The notes under the pieces are model-generated. The model searched no databases, was not told the DNA's origin, and saw only the letters and a list, made by a program, of their open reading frames with translations. From Isurus oxyrinchus (lineage: Eukaryota), in contig JANJGN010000001.1 in the NCBI GenBank assembly GCA_026770705.1, positions 39,804,001 through 39,868,000 of the forward strand: a DNA stretch of 64,000 nucleotides. The letters are read 5' to 3'. Below, in pieces: positions 51,468 through 62,880 of the stretch. Positions within the stretch are counted from its first letter, which is position 1. The number at the start of each line of letters is the position of its first letter. The translations under genes were made by a program, and so were the position numbers.

Positions 51468-51538
51468 GCATTGGTGGTTCAGTGGTAGAATTCTCGCCTG
51501 CCATTTAGGAGGCCTGGGTTAGATTCCTGGCCAATGCA
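51468..51538 (+). pseudogene. Degenerate tRNA-Gly(GCC), slot A
   Basis: Same as 1473-1543. Confidence 0.85.
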
Positions 51539-51698
51539 ACGTTGGAGTTCCGTTGCTCTTTGAGTTCTTGCTGCACTCTTGCTTGCAATGTCACTGTGTC
51601 CTGTGCAGCCACTCAATGTCATTGACAGCTTGATTGGGACTCCAAATTGAAGCGTTTCAAGAAATGAGCTGCATCAAATTGCAGCTTTCCAGTCTGTG

Positions 51699-51769
51699 GC
51701 ATTGGTGGTTCAGTGGTAGAATTCTCGCCTGCCACGCGGGAGGCCTGGGTTCGATTCCCGGCCAATGCA
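51699..51769 (+). tRNA. tRNA-Gly-GCC: tRNA-Gly(GCC) variant C48T
   Basis: ggaggccTgggttcg. Confidence 0.9.
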
Positions 51770-53322
51770 AGGCTCCTTTTGTTCTTATTCCTCTGCACTT
51801 TCATTCCTTTATATACTTCACTGCACTGCACACCCGCTCCCACCGGATCAATGTCTTCAGCGCTTTGCTCATGCAACTTTTCAGCATCTGCTTCATAACA
51901 GCCTTCCTTTTTCTTCCAGCTCACTTCAGCACTCCCGCTTCACACACTTGTCTTTAAACACAACGCTCCTCCTTTCATTTTGTCTTAAAGCCACTCTCTC
52001 ATCATCAACTTTCTCGACATTTCTACCTTCATCACCTTCTGCAAAATTAAAAGAACCTTCTCACAACTTGAGACCTGTTCACTTTTCACTCTGTTCAACC
52101 CAACTCACTTCTAACCACGAATTGGTTCTCAGGCCCGATTACTCTGCACAGAATGCAATATCTGGCTGCGCACACAAACAACAACAACAACAACAACAAA
52201 GTGCTTTGAAATGGCGCCTTTCATGTCGGAGAACAATCCGAAGCTCTTCACAGTGCTGTTTTCCAACAGAATTGGCAGGAGGCGGAGTGTCACTTTGCTT
52301 CTTTTCAGAGTCCGTTCAGAGTTTCACACCTCATTTACCTGAGGTGATGTTGGTAGGAAAGTGTAAGAGTCTTTGTAAATGTGTACGGTTTCCCCTTCAT
52401 CAGCCACAGCTGCTGCAGTTTGAAGAGTCCCAGTTTCTCAAATCTTTCCAAAGAGCCAAAGTTCGTCATCCTGAGCTGAAGCTGGTTGACCTCTTCTTTC
52501 CCTCAGTCGGGAGCCTTGACGTCCTTCCCGAAGCTTGGTGAGCAGAACGACATTCAGGGTACGAGGGCGCAGGACGTGATAGCACGGTGCTAATGCTGTT
52601 GGGATCATGATGCAGAGGCCTGGATAACTCAAATGCTGATGTGAGTTAAGATCCCAGCAAGGCTGCTAGTGGTTTAAAACAATCGTGTAAATGAACATGG
52701 GTTCCAAATGACACTTGTTTGGTGGAGGATTGGGCTGAGACTTCCCTTTGTTTGAAGGCCAATTGTGCCCTTGACAGATTACTCAGGACACAATTAGGGG
52801 AAAAAATCTGGCAGGCAGGAAATCAGGAATGGCGCAAGGAGTATTCCTTTGGTCGGAAGGAGCTGGATTCCATCAAAAAGCTTGAAGTTACAACTTGGCC
52901 CGATGCTAGCACAGTCAGGAGGTTGTAAAGAAATGTAGTGGCTTGAAGAAGCTGACATATTGCATGAAGTGCTAATGCAGTGGTGTGAAGTGAGAGTAAA
53001 AATACAGGCCGCAAATGATTTGAACAAGTTGTTAGCGTTTTTACATTGATGAGGTGAAGGCAGAGCTGCACTGGGGGGGGAATCAGATTGCATGAGAGGG
53101 GACTTGAGGCACAGGGCAGGTGGCTTAGAAGAATGTTGAAAGCTTGAAATGTGGTTGTGAATGAAATGGGGGTATAGAGCGGCTTGAGAGATGTTTGTGG
53201 TGTTGTGGCTCAGGTATCAGTGAGAAAATTGGATGCAATTTCGGAATTGAAAAGACATTTGGAGGAACTGGGATTGGACACAAGTAACAGCATTTGAAAA
53301 AAGGCGAATGTGCTAAGCGATT

Positions 53323-53393
53323 GCATTGGTGGTTCAGTGGTAGAATTCTCGCCTGCCATTTAGGAGGCCTGGGTTAGATTCCTGGCCAATGCA
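53323..53393 (+). pseudogene. Degenerate tRNA-Gly(GCC), slot A
   Basis: Same as 1473-1543. Confidence 0.85.
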
Positions 53394-53553
53394 ACGTTGG
53401 AGTTCCGTTGCTCTTTGAGTTCTTGCTGCACTCTTGCTTGCAATGTCACTGTGTCCTGTGCAGCCACTCAATGTCATTGACAGCTTGATTGGGGCTCCAA
53501 ATTGAAGCGTTTCAAGAAATGAGCTGCATCAAATTGCAGCTTTCCAGTCTGTG

Positions 53554-53624
53554 GCATTGGTGGTTCAGTGGTAGAATTCTCGCCTGCCACGCGGGAGGCC
53601 CGGGTTCGATTCCCGGCCAATGCA
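53554..53624 (+). tRNA. tRNA-Gly-GCC: tRNA-Gly(GCC), canonical
   Basis: Same as 1704-1774. Confidence 0.97.
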
Positions 53625-55174
53625 AGGCTCCTTTTGTTCTTATTCCTCTGCACTTTCATTCCTTTATATACTTCACTGCACTGCACACCCGCTCCCACCG
53701 GATCAATGTCTTCAGCGCTTTGCTCATGCAACTTTTCAGCATCTGCTTCATAACAGCCTTCCTTTTTCTTCCAGCTCACTTCAGCACTCCCGCTTCACAC
53801 ACTTGTCTTTAAACACAACGCTCCTCCTTTCATTTTGTCTTAAAGCCACTCTCTCATCATCAACTTTCTCGACATTTCTACCTTCATCACCTTCTGCAAA
53901 ATTAAAAGAACCTTCTCACAACTTGAGACCTGTTCACTTTTCACTCTGTTCAACCCAACTCACTTCTAACCACGAATTGGTTCTCAGGCCCGATTACTCT
54001 GCACAGAATGCAATATCTGGCTGCGCACACAAACAACAACAACAACAACAAAGTGCTTTGAAATGGCGCCTTTCATGTCGGAGAACAATCCGAAGCTCTT
54101 CACAGTGCTGTTTTCCAACAGAATTGGCAGGAGGCGGAGTGTCACTTTGCTTCTTTTCAGAGTCCGTTCAGAGTTTCACACCTCATTTACCTGAGGTGAT
54201 GTTGGTAGGAAAGTGTAAGAGTCTTTGTAAATGTGTACGGTTTCCCCTTCATCAGCCACAGCTGCTGCAGTTTGAAGAGTCCCAGTTTCTCAAATCTTTC
54301 CAAAGAGCCAAAGTTCGTCATCCTGAGCTGAAGCTGGTTGACCTCTTCTTTCCCTCAGTCGGGAGCCTTGACGTCCTTCCCGAAGCTTGGTGAGCAGAAC
54401 GACATTCAGGGTACGAGGGCGCAGGACGTGATAGCACGGTGCTAATGCTGTTGGGATCATGATGCAGAGGCCTGGATAACTCAAATGCTGATGTGAGTTA
54501 AGATCCCAGCAAGGCTGCTAGTGGTTTAAAACAATCGTGTAAATGAACATGGGTTCCAAATGACACTTGTTTGGTGGAGGATTGGGCTGAGACTTCCCTT
54601 TGTTTGAAGGCCAATTGTGCCCTTGACAGATTACTCAGGACACAATTAGGGGAAAAAATCTAGCAGGCAGGAAATCAGGAATGGCGCAAGGAGTATTCCT
54701 TTGGTCGGAAGGAGCTGGATTCCATCAAAAAGCTTGAAGTTACAACTTGGCCCGATGCTAGCACAGTCAGGAGGTTGTAAAGAAATGTAGTGGCTTGAAG
54801 AAGCTGACATATTGCATGAAGTGCTAATGCAGTGGTGTGAAGTGAGAGTAAAAATACAGGCCGCAAATGATTTGAACAAGTTGTTAGCGTTTTTACATTG
54901 ATGAGGTGAAGGCAGAGCTGCACTGGGGGGGGAATCAGATTGCATGAGAGGGGACTTGAGGCACAGGGCAGGTGGCTTAGAAGAATGTTGAAAGCTTGAA
55001 ATGTGGTTGTGAATGAAATGGGGGTATAGAGCGGCTTGAGAGATGTTTGTGGTGTTGTGGCTCAGGTATCAGTGAGAAAATTGGATGCAATTTCGGAATT
55101 GAAAAGACATTTGGAGGAACTGGGATTGGACACAAGTAACAGCATTTGAAAAAAGGCGAATGTGCTAAGCGATT

Positions 55175-55245
55175 GCATTGGTGGTTCAGTGGTAGAATTC
55201 TCGCCTGCCATTTAGGAGGCCTGGGTTAGATTCCTGGCCAATGCA
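55175..55245 (+). pseudogene. Degenerate tRNA-Gly(GCC), slot A
   Basis: Same as 1473-1543. Confidence 0.85.
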
Positions 55246-55405
55246 ACGTTGGAGTTCCGTTGCTCTTTGAGTTCTTGCTGCACTCTTGCTTGCAATGTCA
55301 CTGTGTCCTGTGCAGCCACTCAATGTCATTGACAGCTTGATTGGGGCTCCAAATTGAAGCGTTTCAAGAAATGAGCTGCATCAAATTGCAGCTTTCCAGT
55401 CTGTG

Positions 55406-55476
55406 GCATTGGTGGTTCAGTGGTAGAATTCTCGCCTGCCACGCGGGAGGCCTGGGTTCGATTCCCGGCCAATGCA
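55406..55476 (+). tRNA. tRNA-Gly-GCC: tRNA-Gly(GCC) variant C48T
   Basis: ggaggccTgggttcg. Confidence 0.9.
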
Positions 55477-57025
55477 AGGCTCCTTTTGTTCTTATTCCTC
55501 TGCACTTTCATTCCTTTATATACTTCACTGCACTGCACACCCGCTCCCACCGGATCAATGTCTTCAGCGCTTTGCTCATGCAACTTTTCAGCATCTGCTT
55601 CATAACAGCCTTCCTTTTTCTTCCAGCTCACTTCAGCACTCCCGCTTCACACACTTGTCTTTAAACACAACGCTCCTCCTTTCATTTTGTCTTAAAGCCA
55701 CTCTCTCATCATCAACTTTCTCGACATTTCTACCTTCATCACCTTCTGCAAAATTAAAAGAACCTTCTCACAACTTGAGACCTGTTCACTTTTCACTCTG
55801 TTCAACCCAACTCACTTCTAACCACGAATTGGTTCTCAGGCCCGATTACTCTGCACAGAATGCAATATCTGGCTGCGCACACAAACAACAACAACAACAA
55901 CAAAGTGCTTTGAAATGGCGCCTTTCATGTCGGAGAACAATCCGAAGCTCTTCACAGTGCTGTTTTCCAACAGAATTGGCAGGAGGCGGAGTGTCACTTT
56001 GCTTCTTTTCAGAGTCCGTTCAGAGTTTCACACCTCATTTACCTGAGGTGATGTTGGTAGGAAAGTGTAAGAGTCTTTGTAAATGTGTACGGTTTGCCCT
56101 TAATCAGCCACAGCTGCTGCAGTTTGAAGAGTCCCAGTTTCTCAAATCTTTCCAAAGAGCCAAAGTTCGTCATCCTGAGCTGAAGCTGGTTGACCTCTTC
56201 TTTCCCTCAGTCGGGAGCCTTGACGTCCTTCCCGAAGCTTGGTGAGCAGAACGACATTCAGGGTACGAGGGCGCAGGACGTGATAGCACGGTGCTAATGC
56301 TGTTGGGATCATGATGCAGAGGCCTGGATAACTCAAATGCTGATGTGAGTTAAGATCCCAGCAAGGCTGCTAGTGGTTTAAAACAATCGTGTAAATGAAC
56401 ATGGGTTCCAAATGACACTTGTTTGGTGGAGGATTGGGCTGAGACTTCCCTTTGTTTGAAGGCCAATTGTGACCTTGACAGATTACTCAGGACACAATTA
56501 GGGGAAAAAATCTGGCAGGCAGGAAATCAGGAATGGCGCAAGGAGTATTCCTTTGGTCGGAAGGAGCTGGATTCCATCAAAAAGCTTCAAGTTACAACTT
56601 GGCCCGATGCTAGCACAGTCAGGAGGTTGTAAAGAAATGTAGTGGCTTGAAGAAGCTGACATATTGCATGAAGTGCTAATGCAGTGGTGTGAAGTGAGAG
56701 TAAAAATACAGGCCGCAATGATTTGAACAAGTTGTTAGCGTTTTTACATTGATGAGGTGAAGGCAGAGCTGCACTGGGGGGGGAATCAGATTGCATGAGA
56801 GGGGACTTGAGGCACAGGGCAGGTGGCTTAGAAGAATGTTGAAAGCTTGAAATGTGGTTGTGAATGAAATGGGGGTATAGAGCGGCTTGAGAGATGTTTG
56901 TGGTGTTGTGGCTCAGGTATCAGTGAGAAAATTGGATGCAATTTCGGAATTGAAAAGACATTTGGAGGAACTGGGATTGGACACAAGTAACAGCATTTGA
57001 AAAAAGGCGAATGTGCTAAGCGATT

Positions 57026-57096
57026 GCATTGGTGGTTCAGTGGTAGAATTCTCGCCTGCCATTTAGGAGGCCTGGGTTAGATTCCTGGCCAATGCA
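57026..57096 (+). pseudogene. Degenerate tRNA-Gly(GCC), slot A
   Basis: Same as 1473-1543. Confidence 0.85.
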
Positions 57097-57256
57097 ACGT
57101 TGGAGTTCCGTTGCTCTTTGAGTTCTTGCTGCACTCTTGCTTGCAATGTCACTGTGTCCTGTGCAGCCACTCAATGTCATTGACAGCTTGATTGGGACTC
57201 CAAATTGAAGCGTTTCAAGAAATGAGCTGCATCAAATTGCAGCTTTCCAGTCTGTG

Positions 57257-57327
57257 GCATTGGTGGTTCAGTGGTAGAATTCTCGCCTGCCACGCGGGAG
57301 GCCGGGGTTCGATTCCCGGCCAATGCA
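57257..57327 (+). tRNA. tRNA-Gly-GCC: tRNA-Gly(GCC) variant C48G
   Basis: ggaggccGgggttcg. Confidence 0.85.
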
Positions 57328-58876
57328 AGGCTCCTTTTGTTCTTATTCCTCTGCACTTTCATTCCTTTATATACTTCACTGCACTGCACACCCGCTCCCA
57401 CCGGATCAATGTCTTCAGCGCTTTGCTCATGCAACTTTTCAGCATCTGCTTCATAACAGCCTTCCTTTTTCTTCCAGCTCACTTCAGCACTCCCGCTTCA
57501 CACACTTGTCTTTAAACACAACGCTCCTCCTTTCATTTTGTCTTAAAGCCACTCTCTCATCATCAACTTTCTCGACATTTCTACCTTCATCACCTTCTGC
57601 AAAATTAAAAGAACCTTCTCACAACTTGAGACCTGTTCACTTTTCACTCTGTTCAACCCAACTCACTTCTAACCACGAATTGGTTCTCAGGCCCGATTAC
57701 TCTGCACAGAATGCAATATCTGGCTGCGCACACAAACAACAACAACAACAACAAAGTGCTTTGAAATGGCGCCTTTCATGTCGGAGAACAATCCGAAGCT
57801 CTTCACAGTGCTGTTTTCCAACAGAATTGGCAGGAGGCGGAGTGTCACTTTGCTTCTTTTCAGAGTCCGTTCAGAGTTTCACACCTCATTTACCTGAGGT
57901 GATGTTGGTAGGAAAGTGTAAGAGTCTTTGTAAATGTGTACGGTTTCCCCTTCATCAGCCACAGCTGCTGCAGTTTGAAGAGTCCCAGTTTCTCAAATCT
58001 TTCCAAAGAGCCAAAGTTCGTCATCCTGAGCTGAAGCTGGTTGACCTCTTCTTTCCCTCAGTCGGGAGCCTTGACGTCCTTCCCGAAGCTTGGTGAGCAG
58101 AACGACATTCAGGGTACGAGGGCGCAGGACGTGATAGCACGGTGCTAATGCTGTTGGGATCATGATGCAGAGGCCTGGATAACTCAAATGCTGATGTGAG
58201 TTAAGATCCCAGCAAGGCTGCTAGTGGTTTAAAACAATCGTGTAAATGAACATGGGTTCCAAATGACACTTGTTTGGTGGAGGATTGGGCTGAGACTTCC
58301 CTTTGTTTGAAGGCCAATTGTGACCTTGACAGATTACTCAGGACACAATTAGGGGAAAAAATCTGGCAGGCAGGAAATCAGGAATGGCGCAAGGAGTATT
58401 CCTTTGGTCGGAAGGAGCTGGATTCCATCAAAAAGCTTCAAGTTACAACTTGGCCCGATGCTAGCACAGTCAGGAGGTTGTAAAGAAATGTAGTGGCTTG
58501 AAGAAGCTGACATATTGCATGAAGTGCTAATGCAGTGGTGTGAAGTGAGAGTAAAAATACAGGCCGCAATGATTTGAACAAGTTGTTAGCGTTTTTACAT
58601 TGATGAGGTGAAGGCAGAGCTGCACTGGGGGGGGAATCAGATTGCATGAGAGGGGACTTGAGGCACAGGGCAGGTGGCTTAGAAGAATGTTGAAAGCTTG
58701 AAATGTGGTTGTGAATGAAATGGGGGTATAGAGCGGCTTGAGAGATGTTTGTGGTGTTGTGGCTCAGGTATCAGTGAGAAAATTGGATGCAATTTCGGAA
58801 TTGAAAAGACATTTGGAGGAACTGGGATTGGACACAAGTAACAGCATTTGAAAAAAGGCGAATGTGCTAAGCGATT

Positions 58877-58947
58877 GCATTGGTGGTTCAGTGGTAGAAT
58901 TCTCGCCTGCCATTTAGGAGGCCTGGGTTAGATTCCTGGCCAATGCA
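58877..58947 (+). pseudogene. Degenerate tRNA-Gly(GCC), slot A
   Basis: Same as 1473-1543. Confidence 0.85.
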
Positions 58948-59107
58948 ACGTTGGAGTTCCGTTGCTCTTTGAGTTCTTGCTGCACTCTTGCTTGCAATGT
59001 CACTGTGTCCTGTGCAGCCACTCAATGTCATTGACAGCTTGATTGGGACTCCAAATTGAAGCGTTTCAAGAAATGAGCTGCATCAAATTGCAGCTTTCAG
59101 GTCTGTG

Positions 59108-59178
59108 GCATTGGTGGTTCAGTGGTAGAATTCTCGCCTGCCACGCGGGAGGCCCGGGTTCGATTCCCGGCCAATGCA
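59108..59178 (+). tRNA. tRNA-Gly-GCC: tRNA-Gly(GCC), canonical
   Basis: Same as 1704-1774. Confidence 0.97.
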
Positions 59179-60727
59179 AGGCTCCTTTTGTTCTTATTCC
59201 TCTGCACTTTCATTCCTTTATATACTTCACTGCACTGCACACCCGCTCCCACCGGATCAATGTCTTCAGCGCTTTGCTCATGCAACTTTTCAGCATCTGC
59301 TTCATAACAGCCTTCCTTTTTCTTCCAGCTCACTTCAGCACTCCCGCTTCACACACTTGTCTTTAAACACAACGCTCCTCCTTTCATTTTGTCTTAAAGC
59401 CACTCTCTCATCATCAACTTTCTCGACATTTCTACCTTCATCACCTTCTGCAAAATTAAAAGAACCTTCTCACAACTTGAGACCTGTTCACTTTTCACTC
59501 TGTTCAACCCAACTCACTTCTAACCACGAATTGGTTCTCAGGCCCGATTACTCTGCACAGAATGCAATATCTGGCTGCGCACACAAACAACAACAACAAC
59601 AACAAAGTGCTTTGAAATGGCGCCTTTCATGTCGGAGAACAATCCGAAGCTCTTCACAGTGCTGTTTTCCAACAGAATTGGCAGGAGGCGGAGTGTCACT
59701 TTGCTTCTTTTCAGAGTCCGTTCAGAGTTTCACACCTCATTTACCTGAGGTGATGTTGGTAAGAAACTGTAAGAGTCTTTGTAAATGTGTACGGTTTCCC
59801 CTTCATCAGCCACAGCTGCTGCAGTTTGAAGAGTCCCAGTTTCTCAAATCTTTCCAAAGAGCCAAAGTTCGTCATCCTGAGCTGAAGCTGGTTGACCTCT
59901 TCTTTCCCTCAGTCGGGAGCCTTGACGTCCTTCCCGAAGCTTGGTGAGCAGAACGACATTCAGGGTACGAGGGCGCAGGACGTGATAGCACGGTGCTAAT
60001 GCTGTTGGGATCATGATGCAGAGGCCTGGATAACTCAAATGCTGATGTGAGTTAAGATCCCAGCAAGGCTGCTAGTGGTTTAAAACAATCGTGTAAATGA
60101 ACATGGGTTCCAAATGACACTTGTTTGGTGGAGGATTGGGCTGAGACTTCCCTTTGTTTGAAGGCCAATTGTGACCTTGACGGATTACTCAGGACACAAT
60201 TAGGGGAAAAAATCTGGCAGGCAGGAAATCAGGAATGGCGCAAGGAGTATTCCTTTGGTCGGAAGGAGCTGGATTCCATCAAAAAGCTTCAAGTTACAAC
60301 TTGGCCCGATGCTAGCACAGTCAGGAGGTTGTAAAGAAATGTAGTGGCTTGAAGAAGCTGACATATTGCATGAAGTGCTAATGCAGTGGTGTGAAGTGAG
60401 AGTAAAAATACAGGCCGCAATGATTTGAACAAGTTGTTAGCGTTTTTACATTGATGAGGTGAAGGCAGAGCTGCACTGGGGGGGGAATCAGATTGCATGA
60501 GAGGGGACTTGAGGCACAGGGCAGGTGGCTTAGAAGAATGTTGAAAGCTTGAAATGTGGTTGTGAATGAAATGGGGGTATAGAGCGGCTTGAGAGATGTT
60601 TGTGGTGTTGTGGCTCAGGTATCAGTGAGAAAATTGGATGCAATTTAGGAATTGAAAAGACATTTGGAGGAACTGGGATTGGACACAAGTAACAGCATTT
60701 GAAAAAAGGCGAATGTGCTAAGCGATT

Positions 60728-60798
60728 GCATTGGTGGTTCAGTGGTAGAATTCTCGCCTGCCATTTAGGAGGCCTGGGTTAGATTCCTGGCCAATGCA
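60728..60798 (+). pseudogene. Degenerate tRNA-Gly(GCC), slot A
   Basis: Same as 1473-1543. Confidence 0.85.
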
Positions 60799-60958
60799 AC
60801 GTTGGAGTTCCGTTGCTCTTTGAGTTCTTGCTGCACTCTTGCTTGCAATGTCACTGTGTCCTGTGCAGCCACTCAATGTCATTGACAGCTTGATTGGGAC
60901 TCCAAATTGAAGCGTTTCAAGAAATGAGCTGCATCAAATTGCAGCTTTCCAGTCTGTG

Positions 60959-61029
60959 GCATTGGTGGTTCAGTGGTAGAATTCTCGCCTGCCACGCGGG
61001 AGGCCCGGGTTCGATTCCCGGCCAATGCA
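60959..61029 (+). tRNA. tRNA-Gly-GCC: tRNA-Gly(GCC), canonical
   Basis: Same as 1704-1774. Confidence 0.97.
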
Positions 61030-62578
61030 AGGCTCCTTTTGTTCTTATTCCTCTGCACTTTCATTCCTTTATATACTTCACTGCACTGCACACCCGCTCC
61101 CACCGGATCAATGTCTTCAGCGCTTTGCTCATGCAACTTTTCAGCATCTGCTTCATAACAGCCTTCCTTTTTCTTCCAGCTCACTTCAGCACTCCCGCTT
61201 CACACACTTGTCTTTAAACACAACGCTCCTCCTTTCATTTTGTCTTAAAGCCACTCTCTCATCATCAACTTTCTCGACATTTCTACCTTCATCACCTTCT
61301 GCAAAATTAAAAGAACCTTCTCACAACTTGAGACCTGTTCACTTTTCACTCTGTTCAACCCAACTCACTTCTAACCACGAATTGGTTCTCAGGCCCGATT
61401 ACTCTGCACAGAATGCAATATCTGGCTGCGCACACAAACAACAACAACAACAACAAAGTGCTTTGAAATGGCGCCTTTCATGTCGGAGAACAATCCGAAG
61501 CTCTTCACAGTGCTGTTTTCCAACAGAATTGGCAGGAGGCGGAGTGTCACTTTGCTTCTTTTCAGAGTCCGTTCAGAGTTTCACACCTCATTTACCTGAG
61601 GTGATGTTGGTAGGAAAGTGTAAGAGTCTTTGTAAATGTGTACGGTTTCCCCTGCATCAGCCACAGCTGCTGCAGTTTGAAGAGTCCCAGTTTCTCAAAT
61701 CTTTCCAAAGAGCCAAAGTTCGTCATCCTGAGCTGAAGCTGGTTGACCTCTTCTTTCCCTCAGTCGGGAGCCTTGACGTCCTTCCCGAAGCTTGGTGAGC
61801 AGAACGACATTCAGGGTACGAGGGCGCAGGACGTGATAGCACGGTGCTAATGCTGTTGGGATCATGATGCAGAGGCCTGGATAACTCAAATGCTGATGTG
61901 AGTTAAGATCCCAGCAAGGCTGCTAGTGGTTTAAAACAATCGTGTAAATGAACATGGGTTCCAAATGACACTTGTTTGGTGGAGGATTGGGCTGAGACTT
62001 CCCTTTGTTTGAAGGCCAATTGTGACCTTGACAGATTACTCAGGACACAATTAGGGGAAAAAATCTGGCAGGCAGGAAATCAGGAATGGCGCAAGGAGTA
62101 TTCCTTTGGTCGGAAGGAGCTGGATTCCATCAAAAAGCTTCAAGTTACAACTTGGCCCGATGCTAGCACAGTCAGGAGGTTGTAAAGAAATGTAGTGGCT
62201 TGAAGAAGCTGACATATTGCATGAAGTGCTAATGCAGTGGTGTGAAGTGAGAGTAAAAATACAGGCCGCAATGATTTGAACAAGTTGTTAGCGTTTTTAC
62301 ATTGATGAGGTGAAGGCAGAGCTGCACTGGGGGGGGAATCAGATTGCATGAGAGGGGACTTGAGGCACAGGGCAGGTGGCTTAGAAGAATGTTGAAAGCT
62401 TGAAATGTGGTTGTGAATGAAATGGGGGTATAGAGCGGCTTGAGAGATGTTTGTGGTGTTGTGGCTCAGGTATCAGTGAGAAAATTGGATGCAATTTCGG
62501 AATTGAAAAGACATTTGGAGGAACTGGGATTGGACACAAGTAACAGCATTTGAAAAAAGGCGAATGTGCTAAGCGATT

Positions 62579-62649
62579 GCATTGGTGGTTCAGTGGTAGA
62601 ATTCTCGCCTGCCATTTAGGAGGCCTGGGTTAGATTCCTGGCCAATGCA
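62579..62649 (+). pseudogene. Degenerate tRNA-Gly(GCC), slot A
   Basis: Same as 1473-1543. Confidence 0.85.
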
Positions 62650-62809
62650 ACGTTGGAGTTCCGTTGCTCTTTGAGTTCTTGCTGCACTCTTGCTTGCAAT
62701 GTCACTGTGTCCTGTGCAGCCACTCAATGTCATTGACAGCTTGATTGGGACTCCAAATTGAAGCGTTTCAAGAAATGAGCTGCATCAAATTGCAGCTTTC
62801 CAGTCTGTG

Positions 62810-62880
62810 GCATTGGTGGTTCAGTGGTAGAATTCTCGCCTGCCACGCGGGAGGCCCGGGTTCGATTCCCGGCCAATGCA
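62810..62880 (+). tRNA. tRNA-Gly-GCC: tRNA-Gly(GCC), canonical
   Basis: Same as 1704-1774. Confidence 0.97.
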
